64,000 bases of DNA from an uncultured Phycisphaerales bacterium (lineage in GTDB: Bacteria; Planctomycetota; Phycisphaerae; Tepidisphaerales; Tepidisphaeraceae): positions 1 to 64,000 of the forward strand of contig CAWJPJ010000008.1 in the NCBI GenBank assembly GCA_963844715.1, given 5' to 3'. Under the pieces are notes generated by a model that saw only the letters and a list, made by a program, of their open reading frames with translations, ran no database searches and was not told the origin of the DNA. Position numbers and translations under genes: made by a program. This document shows, piece after piece, positions 19,700 through 29,653 of the stretch; position 1 is the first letter of the stretch, and every line of letters begins with the position of its first letter.

Positions 19700-20940
19700 A
19701 AGTGCGACTAGCGGCGATCTTTGTCGCGGCGTTTTTTTACTGCGCCGCGGTTTGCGGTGCGCAGAGCTTCGAGCGCCCCCCTGCACGGATATTTTCATCC
19801 CGGGCGGGCCATGCCGGTGGCGTGCGATTTTCGGGATCGGCCGGAAGCGCGAAACTGGCCGCCGAGGGCGCGATGACCACTCAGGTCTTCAGTGCAACGG
19901 GGTCGAGGGTGATCGTTCCATTTCTTGTCTACGATCCCGAGGCGCGCGGAGGGAATCTGGAATTGCGCGCGCTGGACGATTCGGATCTCCTGGTGGGGGA
20001 CGCGGGGAGCGATCCATCGGCGGCGGGGCGGATTTTTCCCGGGAAGCGAATCGTCACCATTCGACTCGATGGCGCCCATCCGGTGGAAGGACCGGCGATG
20101 GCGTGGGAAACGCTCGATGCGCTGCTGGTTACGCCGATCGGACTGGCGAATATTCCGGAGCCGACAATTCGCGAATTGTGGGCGACGGGGGTGACCCTGG
20201 TGGTGATCGGCGGGCGCGAGCCGAGTGTCGAGTTGCGTTGGAAGAATGAAACGGGGTTCTGGATCGCGCCGGGGATGAAACCGCTGCCGGCGCAGGTGAA
20301 TACCGACGCCTACGGCCCGACGTTGCAATGGATTGGCGGGAAAAGCTTTGCAAATCGGTGGGATACGGTCCTGCTGGGGGCGATCTTCGGCATATTGATG
20401 GGGGGCATATGCCTGCTGAATTCGCGGGCGGGGATGATCTCGGCGGTGCTTTTATCGTGCGTCTTCTGGTACGTGGCCGATTCGAACAACCAGCGGTATT
20501 CACCCACCGCCTCGGCGGAAGGGATTGTGCGCCTCGACGTCGGACGGAACTGGTGCGTGGATGATGTTTGGATGTTCGCCAAGGCCCATCGCGATACGGA
20601 ATTCGATCTGGCCGTTTCCGGCTCGGCGCACCCGATGATGATGGACGAGGATCAGTGGTCGGCGGCGAATCTGGTTTTAACATGCGGCTCGGATGGAATT
20701 CCCGTGGCGATTCATGGCAGCGTCAAGGCGGACGAGCCGATCGCGATGGTGATGCGCCGAATCGGGAGAGCGGATTCGCTGGCGGGCGGGCCGGTGGATT
20801 CGCCGATGCGGATGCTGGTGACGCCGGGGCTGTACGCGGATTACTTCGTTGCCGGTCAGCGCGGGCCGGACGAGTGGAACGCCGGGACGTCGCGCACGCA
20901 TTTTGGAACGATCGTGCTCAGGCCTGTCAGCTCACCTTAA
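19696..20940 (+). CDS. Hypothetical exported/membrane protein
   Basis: GTG overlapping the upstream stop, signal peptide, two internal TM segments. Confidence 0.55.
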   Translation: MKVRLAAIFVAAFFYCAAVCGAQSFERPPARIFSSRAGHAGGVRFSGSAGSAKLAAEGAMTTQVFSATGSRVIVPFLVYDPEARGGNLELRALDDSDLLVGDAGSDPSAAGRIFPGKRIVTIRLDGAHPVEGPAMAWETLDALLVTPIGLANIPEPTIRELWATGVTLVVIGGREPSVELRWKNETGFWIAPGMKPLPAQVNTDAYGPTLQWIGGKSFANRWDTVLLGAIFGILMGGICLLNSRAGMISAVLLSCVFWYVADSNNQRYSPTASAEGIVRLDVGRNWCVDDVWMFAKAHRDTEFDLAVSGSAHPMMMDEDQWSAANLVLTCGSDGIPVAIHGSVKADEPIAMVMRRIGRADSLAGGPVDSPMRMLVTPGLYADYFVAGQRGPDEWNAGTSRTHFGTIVLRPVSSP

Positions 20941-21389
20941 TGTAGCTGGCGGGATTGTCCCATTGGTCGGGCGTGAACTGCTTGGTCTTGTCGACGACGA
21001 TGTGGCCGTCGGAACCGACGGCGATCGCGTAGCGGTTCAGCGGCAACTTCGCCGGGCCTTTGGTGACATCGCCGTCGATATCGAACGTCGCGTGATGGCG
21101 CGGGCAGAGGAAGGAGACGCCGTCGGGCGTCCCAAGAATTCCGCCTCTGTGCGTGCAGACGGAGGTGCAGGAATAAATTCTGCCGGCGTGACGGATGACG
21201 GCGATGTGGGCGGTCTTGAGCCAGGTGGGAGTGATGCCGTCGGCTTTATAGTCGGCGAGGGTGCCGACGTCGACGGTCGTGGGTCCGGTGGTCGCGTCGT
21301 CCGCCAAAGCGCTCGACGCCGGGCAGGCAGCAGAAGCAGGCCGCGGTCGCGGCGGCAGCGGCGGCGGTCAACAGTTCGCGGCGATTCAT
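20927..21389 (-). CDS. Tat-exported Rieske [2Fe-2S] protein (frameshift near 21305)
   Basis: MNRRELL Tat motif; CTHRG and CPRH...FD..G....GPA..PL. Confidence 0.85.
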
Positions 21390-21645
21390 CTTTTGGTCCA
21401 TAAGCGTTTGCACCTCGCAAGAATAGATTGGCGGACATCATAATCGGTCCTTGCTATTGGGCAAACGCGATGCAGAAATCCTGACTCGCCAAGCGGTTGC
21501 GTGAAGGTACGGCATTGCATGCCCTTTGGGTTGCGTTAAGCCCGCGCTAACACCTTGACGAAGCGGCGTGTAGATTCAAATCTATGTGGGTAAAAGAGTC
21601 CACAAAGGGATGAGATCAATGATGCGACTTGGTGGGAGAGACCTC

Positions 21646-22420
21646 ATGAGCCGGATCAATGATGGTGGTCGGCATGCCTCGCCTGTGCGCGTCACCGCCG
21701 CAACGCCTCCGAATACCAAACGCAAAGTGCTTGTCGTCGATGACGAAAAAGACATCGTCGATCTCGTCGCTTACAACCTTGGCCGCAACGGCTACGACAC
21801 GATGGTTGCCACCAACGGCAATCAGGCGCTGGAGATGGCCAAGAAAATGTCGCCGGACCTGATCATTCTCGATCTGATGCTTCCGGGTCTGGACGGAACG
21901 GAAGTGGCGCGACGCCTGAAGGCGGATGCGCAAACGGCGCAGATTCCGATCGTGATGCTCACCGCCAAGGGGGAAGAGACGGACGTGGTGGTCGGGCTGA
22001 CGCTGGGCGCGGATGACTACGTCACCAAGCCGTTCAGCATCAAGGTTCTGCTCGCCCGCGTGGCGTCAGTGATGCGGCGCGCCGAGACGGGGAGCGCCGG
22101 CGCCGGAAGGCGGACTGCTCAAGGCCGGCCCGCTGAGCATCGACACGCTGAAACACGAAGTGGCCGTTGAAGGGGAAACGATCAAGCTCACCTTGACGGA
22201 GTTCAAATTGCTGGCTGCTCTGGTTCAGTCGCGCGGGCGGGTGCTGACGCGCGACCAGCTCATGGACAAGGCGATGGGGACGGATGTTTTCGTGACGGAT
22301 CGCGCCATCGACGTGCATATCACGGCCATCCGAAAGAAACTGGGCTCGGCAAGCTGGCTGGTGCATACGGTGCGCGGCGTGGGCTATCGGCTGCGGGAAT
22401 CTCCCGAAGAAACCGACTGA
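21646..22420 (+). CDS. OmpR/PhoB-family response regulator (frameshift near 22100)
   Basis: VVDDE, ILDLMLPG, MLTAK, GADDYVTKPF; LTLTEF, R.IDVHI..IRKKL, TVRGVGY. Confidence 0.9.
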
Positions 22421-22646
22421 CCCGCCGAACCATCGCGGGTACAATTACAAATCTGGATTAACGCATCTTCCCTATATTTCCTCTCCCGGGCGTTTCGGGA
22501 GAGGAATTAGTGAAGATATTGGATTGATAGGGAATTTCGAGCCGTAAATAACGGGTGGCCGGGTCCCGAACCCTCTCGCGGACGATGGGGTGATCGGGTA
22601 GGACTGGGACGGAGGCCGGCTAGAATGTTGCGATGGTGAATCAGGT

Positions 22647-24086
22647 ATGCGCATCAAGCAACTGATTACAAAATGCCTGATTCCGCTGGCGGGGGTGGCG
22701 GTCTTGATCGCGATTGCCGCCGAGGCGGCGGCGGTGGCGCCGCCGGGCTGGCGGTTGGTGACGATCGTATCGGCGTCGGTCCTGGGGGCGGGGCTCCTGG
22801 TTCTGGTCGCGTCGCAAATTCTCAGATGGCTCTGGCTGAGTCCGGTGCGGCATCTGGAAGAGGTCATCACGCGCATGGCCAACGGCGACTGGTCCGAGCG
22901 GGCCCAGCCGCAGGGGACGGAAGTCGTCCGCATGATGGCGGGGAACCTCAATCTGCTGGCATCGCAAGTCCAAAAACAATTGACCGACCTGCAGCAGCAG
23001 CGCGGCGGATTACGGGCGCTGATGGATACGATGCCCGACCCGATCCTCGCCGCCGACCCGCACGGGAGAATCGTACTCCTGAACGCGCCCGCGGCGCAGT
23101 TGCTTTCGGTGACGCCGTCGGAAGTGCTGAACCAGAAGCTCGTGCACGTGGTGAACGACGAGCAGATCGTGGAGTTGTACGAAGCGCTGATCGCCGGGTC
23201 GGGCGGCGCGGCGGTTCCCAACGCCGTGCAGCGCGAAATCCGATTGGCGCGAAACGGGCAAAAGCTTACTTACGAAGCCGTGGCGCGGCGGATGGCCAGC
23301 GGATCTTCGCTGCTGGTATTGCGGGATGTCAGCGCGCTGACGGGGGCTGTGCAAATGAAGACCGATTTCGTCGCCAACGCGAGCCACGAGTTGCGCACGC
23401 CGATCGCGGCGATCAAAGTCGCGTTTGAGACGCTGCGGGACGTTTACCGGGACGACGAGCCGCAGACCGAGCGCTGCATTCAGGTCATCGACGGGCAACT
23501 GAGGCGTTTGGAAGAAATGCTGCGCGACCTGATGGACCTGTCGCGCGTCGAGAGCCAGGAGAATCGCCCCCGGGTATCGATGGTCAAGACCAGCGAATTG
23601 CTCAGCAGTCTGCGGGGGGCGCTGGGAACGCTGGCGCGGCAAAAGAACGTCGATCTTCGCATCGGCGACGAGGACCCGACGGCGCCGGCGGGATTCTATA
23701 CCGACACCCGGCTGTTCAATCTGGTCGTGAAGAATCTGGTCGAAAACAGCATCAAATTCACGCCCGGCGGCGGGAAGGTCATGGTCACGATTCGCCAGAC
23801 TTCGCCGGAACTGGTGACGGTGACGGTCGCGGATACCGGGATCGGGATCGCCCGCGAGCACATCGACCGGGTCTTCGAGCGTTTTTACCAGGTGGACGCG
23901 GCGCGAAGCGGAAGCGCGGGCCGCGGGTCGGGGTTGGGTCTGGCCATCGTGAAGCACGCGATGCACGCGCTGGATGGGTCGGTGAAATTGGAATCGACGG
24001 TGGGAGTCGGCACGACGATCACCTGCCAGTTTCCGCAGCCCGAGCCGGCGGAACCGCCGAAGCCGGTGCCGGCCGGCGTGGCATGA
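22647..24086 (+). CDS. PhoR-like sensor histidine kinase (HAMP-PAS-HisKA-HATPase)
   Basis: DFVANASHELRTP, NLVENSIKF, DTGIGI, FERFYQVDAARS, GSGLGLAIVKH. Confidence 0.9.
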   Translation: MRIKQLITKCLIPLAGVAVLIAIAAEAAAVAPPGWRLVTIVSASVLGAGLLVLVASQILRWLWLSPVRHLEEVITRMANGDWSERAQPQGTEVVRMMAGNLNLLASQVQKQLTDLQQQRGGLRALMDTMPDPILAADPHGRIVLLNAPAAQLLSVTPSEVLNQKLVHVVNDEQIVELYEALIAGSGGAAVPNAVQREIRLARNGQKLTYEAVARRMASGSSLLVLRDVSALTGAVQMKTDFVANASHELRTPIAAIKVAFETLRDVYRDDEPQTERCIQVIDGQLRRLEEMLRDLMDLSRVESQENRPRVSMVKTSELLSSLRGALGTLARQKNVDLRIGDEDPTAPAGFYTDTRLFNLVVKNLVENSIKFTPGGGKVMVTIRQTSPELVTVTVADTGIGIAREHIDRVFERFYQVDAARSGSAGRGSGLGLAIVKHAMHALDGSVKLESTVGVGTTITCQFPQPEPAEPPKPVPAGVA

Positions 24087-25260
24087 ACGACCACTTGGAC
24101 AAAATCGGAATCAGCACACCGGGGACCAGCCAGATCATCCGCTGCTCGATGAAGCCGAGCCAGAACAAAGGCATTGCCGCCGCGACGGCGAAGAGTACGC
24201 GGCGCATCGATTTTTGAGGCCGGACCACGGCGAGCCAGACATACGCGGGAAAGACCAGGCCATAGAAACCGAGAAACGCGCGATAGATGACTTCGCCGGC
24301 GCTCAGAGCATGGTACTGGCGATTTTGCGACAGAATCCCCAGGAAAACCGCGGCGATAATCGCCAGGGCGAAAAGCATGAACGTGCGCATGGAAATGCGC
24401 GACACGCGCGCGGCAAGCTGACGGGCATGGGCGGCCACCGTAAATCCGCTTTGCACGATGAAGTGGATCGAAAGGATTATGGCCAGTTGCGGATAGATGA
24501 CGGGGTCCAATCCCGCGACGAGCCGTCCGCTATAGGCGATCGTGCACAGAAGCATGACCGGGAAGATGACGCAGAACCCGATCGTGAACGCGGCGGGGGA
24601 TTCGTAACCCTCCGTTCCCTGTCGGGCGGCATGGAAAGTCAGATCAAGATACGGACAGAGCAGGAATCCGAATGCGCAGACCGGAGCGAGCCAGAGGGCG
24701 TCGATCCGCGGCAGAGAAAATGGGGAGTGGGGGATCGGCTCGGCCACGTAGGGCAGATCGCCGCGACGGATGCCCCAGGCGATGACCGCCAGCGAAATAA
24801 CCAGGGCCAGACCCGCGGCGAGGAATTTGCCGCTCCCGCGCCATTGCATCATGAGCCAGAAAGCGACGAAGGCGGCGGCGAGATAGAGCCCGGTCGGGGA
24901 GCCGCAGAGATCACGAATCAGCCAGGCCGCGAAAAATGCATGAAAAGCGATGGTCACGAAGGAAAACGCGACGCAAGCGGCTTCATGGCGGCGGACCAGT
25001 TCGCGACTGGAATCCGGGCTGCGTAACACCCACCCCATCGCTGCCGCCCCCAGGCAGTTTGGAATGGCGAAAACCCAAAACCCCGCCCACCCGAAATCGC
25101 GCAGGAGGATCACCGGCAGGAACATGCCGATGCACCAGGTCCAGGAAATCGCCAGGAATATTCCCCAGGAGATCGAGCGCGCCCCCGAGGCGAAAGGACG
25201 AATTTCAGATGACGAATGACGAATTAGATCGGTCCGTTCATTGGAGCATTGATTCGTCAT
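24019..25260 (-). CDS. Polytopic membrane protein of unknown function
   Basis: Many hydrophobic helices; SWTWCIGMFLP and LCPYLDLTFH motifs; start uncertain. Confidence 0.65.
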   Translation of the reverse strand: MTNQCSNERTDLIRHSSSEIRPFASGARSISWGIFLAISWTWCIGMFLPVILLRDFGWAGFWVFAIPNCLGAAAMGWVLRSPDSSRELVRRHEAACVAFSFVTIAFHAFFAAWLIRDLCGSPTGLYLAAAFVAFWLMMQWRGSGKFLAAGLALVISLAVIAWGIRRGDLPYVAEPIPHSPFSLPRIDALWLAPVCAFGFLLCPYLDLTFHAARQGTEGYESPAAFTIGFCVIFPVMLLCTIAYSGRLVAGLDPVIYPQLAIILSIHFIVQSGFTVAAHARQLAARVSRISMRTFMLFALAIIAAVFLGILSQNRQYHALSAGEVIYRAFLGFYGLVFPAYVWLAVVRPQKSMRRVLFAVAAAMPLFWLGFIEQRMIWLVPGVLIPILSKWSFMPRRPAPASAVPPARAAETGR

Positions 25261-25274
25261 TTATCATTTATCAT
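25209..25274. repeat. Heptamer tandem/inverted repeat (ATGACGA x2 ... TCGTCAT, TCATTTA n), continuing at 28520-28540
   Basis: Read directly; interrupted by the IS1595 element. Confidence 0.75.
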
Positions 25275-25336
25275 CGGAGTTATTCACTTGACGAAACCCG
25301 CCACTAGCTGATGTGCGGGGCGTGGGCCAACGCGGC

Positions 25337-25501
25337 TCACTTCTTCTTGGGCTTCCGGGACTTCTCTGCCGCTTCCAGCCGCTTCACATCTTCCGGCTTT
25401 ACGCGGAGTAGTCCAGCGAGCGCTTGATCCGGCGTAAGCGGTGCCAGCGATACCCGCAACCCGCCACGGCCCGAATGAGACTTCTTGGGTTTGCCTGCCA
25501 T
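25337..25501 (-). CDS. 54-aa basic protein inside the IS (below the ORF-track cutoff)
   Basis: MAGKPKKSHSGRGGLRVSLAPLTPDQALAGLLRVKPEDVKRLEAAEKSRKPKKK. Confidence 0.55.
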   Translation of the reverse strand: MAGKPKKSHSGRGGLRVSLAPLTPDQALAGLLRVKPEDVKRLEAAEKSRKPKKK

Positions 25502-25546
25502 ACGGTCACTATAGCACGTTCAAATCGCGACGTTAAGATTCACACC

Positions 25547-26248
25547 ATGGGCATGCAACAAGTCCTAATGCAGTCTCCCAAGATACGCCTCAGCTTCCAC
25601 AATTACGCGATCATCATTCCATACGAAACTGTTGAGCGCGATGGAAAGGTATTTCGATATCACTCGCTTATTAAGAATCCGAGGGCGATTGACGAGATTC
25701 CAGAATTGGCTGCTGAGCCGATGATGAAAAACCTCGTGGCGCGAATTAATAGCAAAGTGAACGGCCTCTATGAGACTGTTCGCCTCGACCACACGTTTGG
25801 GACAACGAGGAGTGCGCCGGGCGAATGGGAGTTTATGATCGGTATCATTTTCCGTGACAGAAGCCTATTCGCCGACTATCTGAGCCACGTTGTCTTTGCA
25901 GGGCATTTTTTAATTTCTCTACAAAGATATTGGTTGGCAACGTCCCACCACAATCCAACAATGCCTCCTGAATGGCAGACTCCAACATTTGTAATTGCGC
26001 CGGCGATACTTCAGGAAGAAAAGAAGACAGGATGGATAATAGATTTGTGGATGAAGTATCTGGGCAACTCGGAAGCCGAGGCGCATTGCCTGTTTGAATT
26101 GGACCTGCGCTTTCTTATTTGGGTTTCTCGATCTAGAGAGGGAGGCTCTTCCTTTCCCAGCGCCCACGAATGCGCATCAGTTGGAACCCGAAGCGCCAGC
26201 GGCTGGGTGAGAATTTCGCGGATACTTTCTGCGCTAAATTCGCACTGA
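25547..26248 (+). CDS. Hypothetical passenger protein
   Basis: Long ORF in visibly lower-GC DNA; no family recognised; 3' end uncertain. Confidence 0.55.
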   Translation: MGMQQVLMQSPKIRLSFHNYAIIIPYETVERDGKVFRYHSLIKNPRAIDEIPELAAEPMMKNLVARINSKVNGLYETVRLDHTFGTTRSAPGEWEFMIGIIFRDRSLFADYLSHVVFAGHFLISLQRYWLATSHHNPTMPPEWQTPTFVIAPAILQEEKKTGWIIDLWMKYLGNSEAEAHCLFELDLRFLIWVSRSREGGSSFPSAHECASVGTRSASGWVRISRILSALNSH

Positions 26249-26331
26249 TTTTCCATTCAAATACTCTCGCGGTAAAATTGGCACATCGGGAAAGCCGGAG
26301 TAATTGCCCGGCTTAACGGTTCGGCGCGGCG

Positions 26332-26910
26332 TTGCTGTTCACCAGTGGCAACGTCGCCCGGACCCACCCGATGGAACTGGTGAACATGGCGGCCCAATCT
26401 CAGGAAAAGGCGTGGTGGGCATGGGACTTGTATCCGCTTCATCCTCGTGCGGTACGGGTGCCCCAACTATGGATAAACGAAAAAAGTATTGGAAGCATTC
26501 ACCTCCGCAGGGGGAAACGGAGGCTATATGTGCCAACCGAGGCCGATATCGCTCTAATCGAAAACCGATATGGAAATTTCCCCAAACCATCTCCGCCCTG
26601 GAACAAAATCGAAGTTGATCTTGTCGATGCGGGGAAAGACCCGATCGACTTGCGAGAATATAGCGCGCCAGTTTTATTGCTCTATCTGAAGCAACTGAAG
26701 GACGGTCGATTTAGCAAATCGGGTCGAAAACGGGGAAGGCCAAGCGGAACACTGAAAAGCAATACCGTCGAGGACTCGCGAATTTACAACGACTGGAAGG
26801 CCGCAGATACAACCATTCGAGATTTTTGTCGCCGACGCGGTTTGGAAGAGGCCGTCGTTCGCGACATGATTAACCGGCACAAAAGGCGGCTCAGCGATGC
26901 CATGAAATAA
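26332..26910 (+). CDS. Passenger protein with probable C-terminal HTH
   Basis: KRGRP followed by RIYNDWK...IRDFCRRRGLEEAVVRDMINR; start uncertain. Confidence 0.55.
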   Translation: MLFTSGNVARTHPMELVNMAAQSQEKAWWAWDLYPLHPRAVRVPQLWINEKSIGSIHLRRGKRRLYVPTEADIALIENRYGNFPKPSPPWNKIEVDLVDAGKDPIDLREYSAPVLLLYLKQLKDGRFSKSGRKRGRPSGTLKSNTVEDSRIYNDWKAADTTIRDFCRRRGLEEAVVRDMINRHKRRLSDAMK

Positions 26911-27505
26911 TTCCCGCGTCCTCGGTCCGTCAATCCCCTAATTAATTCACACCTCCGCACAAAACGCCAATTGCTGGTTAAAACTCACGGTTTTAGTGTG
27001 AATTAATTCCTCGCATTAATTCATACTCACCAGCCGCAGAAGCTACGCACCATGATCCGAACAACATCGGAATTTTTACCCGCGCACCAACGTAAGGATT
27101 TCAAGGGATTATCGGAATCGATGCTCAATCGGTGCTCAATAATAGAACTTTGAAGGTTCCGGGTGGGGGTGCGCCCTGAATTAGATACGGGGAAAAGCAG
27201 CGCGGTGCGGCTCTATAGGAATAGGCACCGGGCTATATACCCGCAGAGGCGAACACAAGATCGGAGGTAACTATGGCGACAACAGATTTCGGCGCGACTC
27301 GGTAGGGACCGACCGGGAGAGCGCCAGGGTAGAAAAACGCCTGCACGGCCTTCGTTCTAGCGGGGACCATGCAGGCGCAAGGCCCACTTTAAGCTGGCGT
27401 AGCCCAATGAGAGGCGCTTGGTTTGGAGCCGAGTACAGTGCGGGATCATACCCCGTCGCCAGCAATTTTCCAGCGCGCGGCTCTTTGAAAACAAATCGGC
27501 TGTTT

Positions 27506-28471
27506 TCAGGCCATCGGCGGCTGTGCCGCTGGCATCTTGAACATCAGGCGCTTTCCCTCTGCGCCATGGACCGCCGCATCCCGGCGAGTCGCGTCTTCCA
27601 GTTTCCGGCCATTCCACCGGAAGCTGAATTCGTCGCAATAGCGGCCAAGATGCTTCTTGCTAACGTGGTGGAACGTGCCGTGAATCCCGCGCTTCAGTAG
27701 CGCGAAATATGCTTCCGCTTCGTTCGTCGTTAAGCCTTCATCATTGACGTATTCGCCAGCGGCGTGATTCACGGTCGAATGGCCCGCGTAATCAGCGGCG
27801 ACTTTCGGATAGACCCGCAGTTCGTCGGTAACAAGCCGCGCCGACGGATCAACGCGATTCTGCATTGCCGCTTTGATCGTCGCGCTGTTGACCCGTTCAA
27901 TCGGTTGCGAGTGAAGGTGTCCGCCGGTTTCGACAAGCGCCAGGACCGGAATCTTGCTGGTTCCGCGTCCGCGCTTCACTGGCTTTTCGCCGGGGGCAAG
28001 ATACCGACCGGAGCGGGATGATCCGACGTAGGTTTCGTCAATCTGTACGTCGCCTTTGAGTAGCTTGGGCATTGGCGTGCATTGCATGGCCAGCCGGATT
28101 CGATGAGCAAGATGCCAAGCGGTTTTGTAGCTGCCCAGCCCAAGGTTGCGTTGAAGCTGCAAGGCGCTGATGCCCTTCTTGCTGGTGGACATTAGGTGGA
28201 TTGCCCGAACCCAAACGGCAAGCGGAAGGTGCGAGTCTTCAAAGATCGTCCCGACGGTCACAGTGAATTGCTTCTCGCAATCGCGGCAACGGCAGAGGCC
28301 CGGACGGCAAGTCGCGCCCTGCATCCGGTAAGCGTTGACCGATCCGCAGTTCCGGCAAACCGGCTGGCCGTCCGGCCAGAGAAGCTTTTCAATGTGCTGG
28401 CGAGCCTGATCTTCGGTAAGATTCAGGACGTTTTGGCCCTTTTGGGTCGGGAATTTTTTCTTGGTTTCCAT
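27506..28471 (-). CDS. IS1595-family DDE transposase
   Basis: Zn ribbon CRNC/CRDC, FTVTVGTIF, IDETY, TDE..VY, VNH..GEY, TN..E, Y.DEF.FRWN. Confidence 0.95.
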   Translation of the reverse strand: METKKKFPTQKGQNVLNLTEDQARQHIEKLLWPDGQPVCRNCGSVNAYRMQGATCRPGLCRCRDCEKQFTVTVGTIFEDSHLPLAVWVRAIHLMSTSKKGISALQLQRNLGLGSYKTAWHLAHRIRLAMQCTPMPKLLKGDVQIDETYVGSSRSGRYLAPGEKPVKRGRGTSKIPVLALVETGGHLHSQPIERVNSATIKAAMQNRVDPSARLVTDELRVYPKVAADYAGHSTVNHAAGEYVNDEGLTTNEAEAYFALLKRGIHGTFHHVSKKHLGRYCDEFSFRWNGRKLEDATRRDAAVHGAEGKRLMFKMPAAQPPMA

Positions 28472-28538
28472 GCCCCCATACTAAGGATTGAGGGGGGTTT
28501 TGTCAAGTGAATAATTCCGTTTATCATTTATCATTTAT

Positions 28539-29199
28539 CTACCATTTACGAATCTTTTCCGCGCCTGCTTCGCTTTTTGCTGGGCCTTGGGGGTGACGTG
28601 GAAAGTGGCTTGGCATTTTCCGACGCGTTTGTCGCGCTGGCCCAGGCCGGACATTTGTTGGGTGATATCCAGGTCGAGGGTGATGTTGAATTCCTGTCCG
28701 GTCGCAAGCAATTTTTGGATGTCTTCCCGGGGGTTCATGCGATAAAGTGCGGGACCGAAGCAGGGCGCAGGAAGGTGTACTCGAGATGCTTGCACACGAC
28801 GGTGTAGTCTCCCCCGCAGATTCCGAAGACGTACATTCCGCCGGCGATTTCACTGTTGGCCAGGAGGGCCCCGCCCGCCATCGCGCGATACCAGTTTCGA
28901 TTGAATCGGCGGAAGGGGAGGATGGCGGCAGTGTTGGCGTCCAGGGCCTTCATCTTGATGCCGCTGAAGAAGGCGTAGGGGAGCCAGATCAGCGAACAGA
29001 TTCGATTCCAAAAGTTGTCGCGGACGGAAAGCCGGCTGATAAATTGCTCGATGACGTCATACCATCGGGAAAGTCGCCCGGGAGGGATATGAGCGCCGAT
29101 GGGCAATCGCGCGATATTGCGATCTTCGGTTGCCGGCTCGGGAGCCTCGGGTCGGTCGGCGGGAACAACGCCTGGATTTGGAGCTGGGATGGTACTCAT
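28539..29199 (-). CDS. Hotdog-fold/thioesterase-like protein (frameshift near 28760)
   Basis: N.NWY..M.GG.L...E..GG, VVCKHL.Y.FLRP pattern; two overlapping ORFs join. Confidence 0.55.
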
Positions 29200-29293
29200 G
29201 TCAACAAACTCGGCTCTATCTATACGTCGGTAAACGCCCGTTCGTCAAAAGAGGAAAAGCGAAAATACTACTTTAACGTGTCAGGAGGCATTT

Positions 29294-29638
29294 ATGTCCG
29301 GAAAAGCGGCGAATTTTGAGTCAGATATTCGGCATGGCCGAATTGTGCCGGGGATGACCTTCAGCCAGCGGGTTTGGGCCCTGACGGTTCGAATCCCGCG
29401 TGGGCGGGTGGCAACCTATGGAGATTTGGCAAAAAAGCTGCGATCAGGAGGCCGGGCCGTGGGGCATGCGTTGCATCGAAACCCCTATGCGCCGGAGGTG
29501 CCTTGCCATCGGGTGGTCGGGACCGACGGGCGGCTGATCGGGTACGCCGGCGGATTGGCGGCGAAGCGACGGCTGCTGGAGCAAGAGGGCGTCAAGGTGA
29601 CCGGAGATCGAGTAGACCTGGCGGCATCGCGGTCGTAA
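29294..29638 (+). CDS. MGMT / O6-alkylguanine DNA-binding family protein
   Basis: IPRGRVATYGDLA, RAVG.AL..NP, PCHRVV, K..LL..EG. Confidence 0.9.
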   Translation: MSGKAANFESDIRHGRIVPGMTFSQRVWALTVRIPRGRVATYGDLAKKLRSGGRAVGHALHRNPYAPEVPCHRVVGTDGRLIGYAGGLAAKRRLLEQEGVKVTGDRVDLAASRS

Positions 29639-29653
29639 GGCCGAGATGATGAT

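Larger units (their letters stand above)
25275..28519 (-). mobile_element. IS1595-family element with passenger genes, 3245 bp
   Basis: TIRs CGGAGTTATTCACTTGACGAAACCC / GGGTTTTGTCAAGTGAATAATTCCG; 8-bp TSD TTTATCAT at 25267-25274 and 28520-28527. Confidence 0.93.

Noticed and set aside
21530..21565. GTTAAG/GCTAAC at 11-bp spacing upstream of the PhoB-like gene as a Pho box
   Set aside because: Only two degenerate half-sites; too weak to call.
27407..28510. Plus-strand ORFs antisense to the IS1595 transposase
   Set aside because: Shadow frames of a conserved gene with no independent coding evidence.
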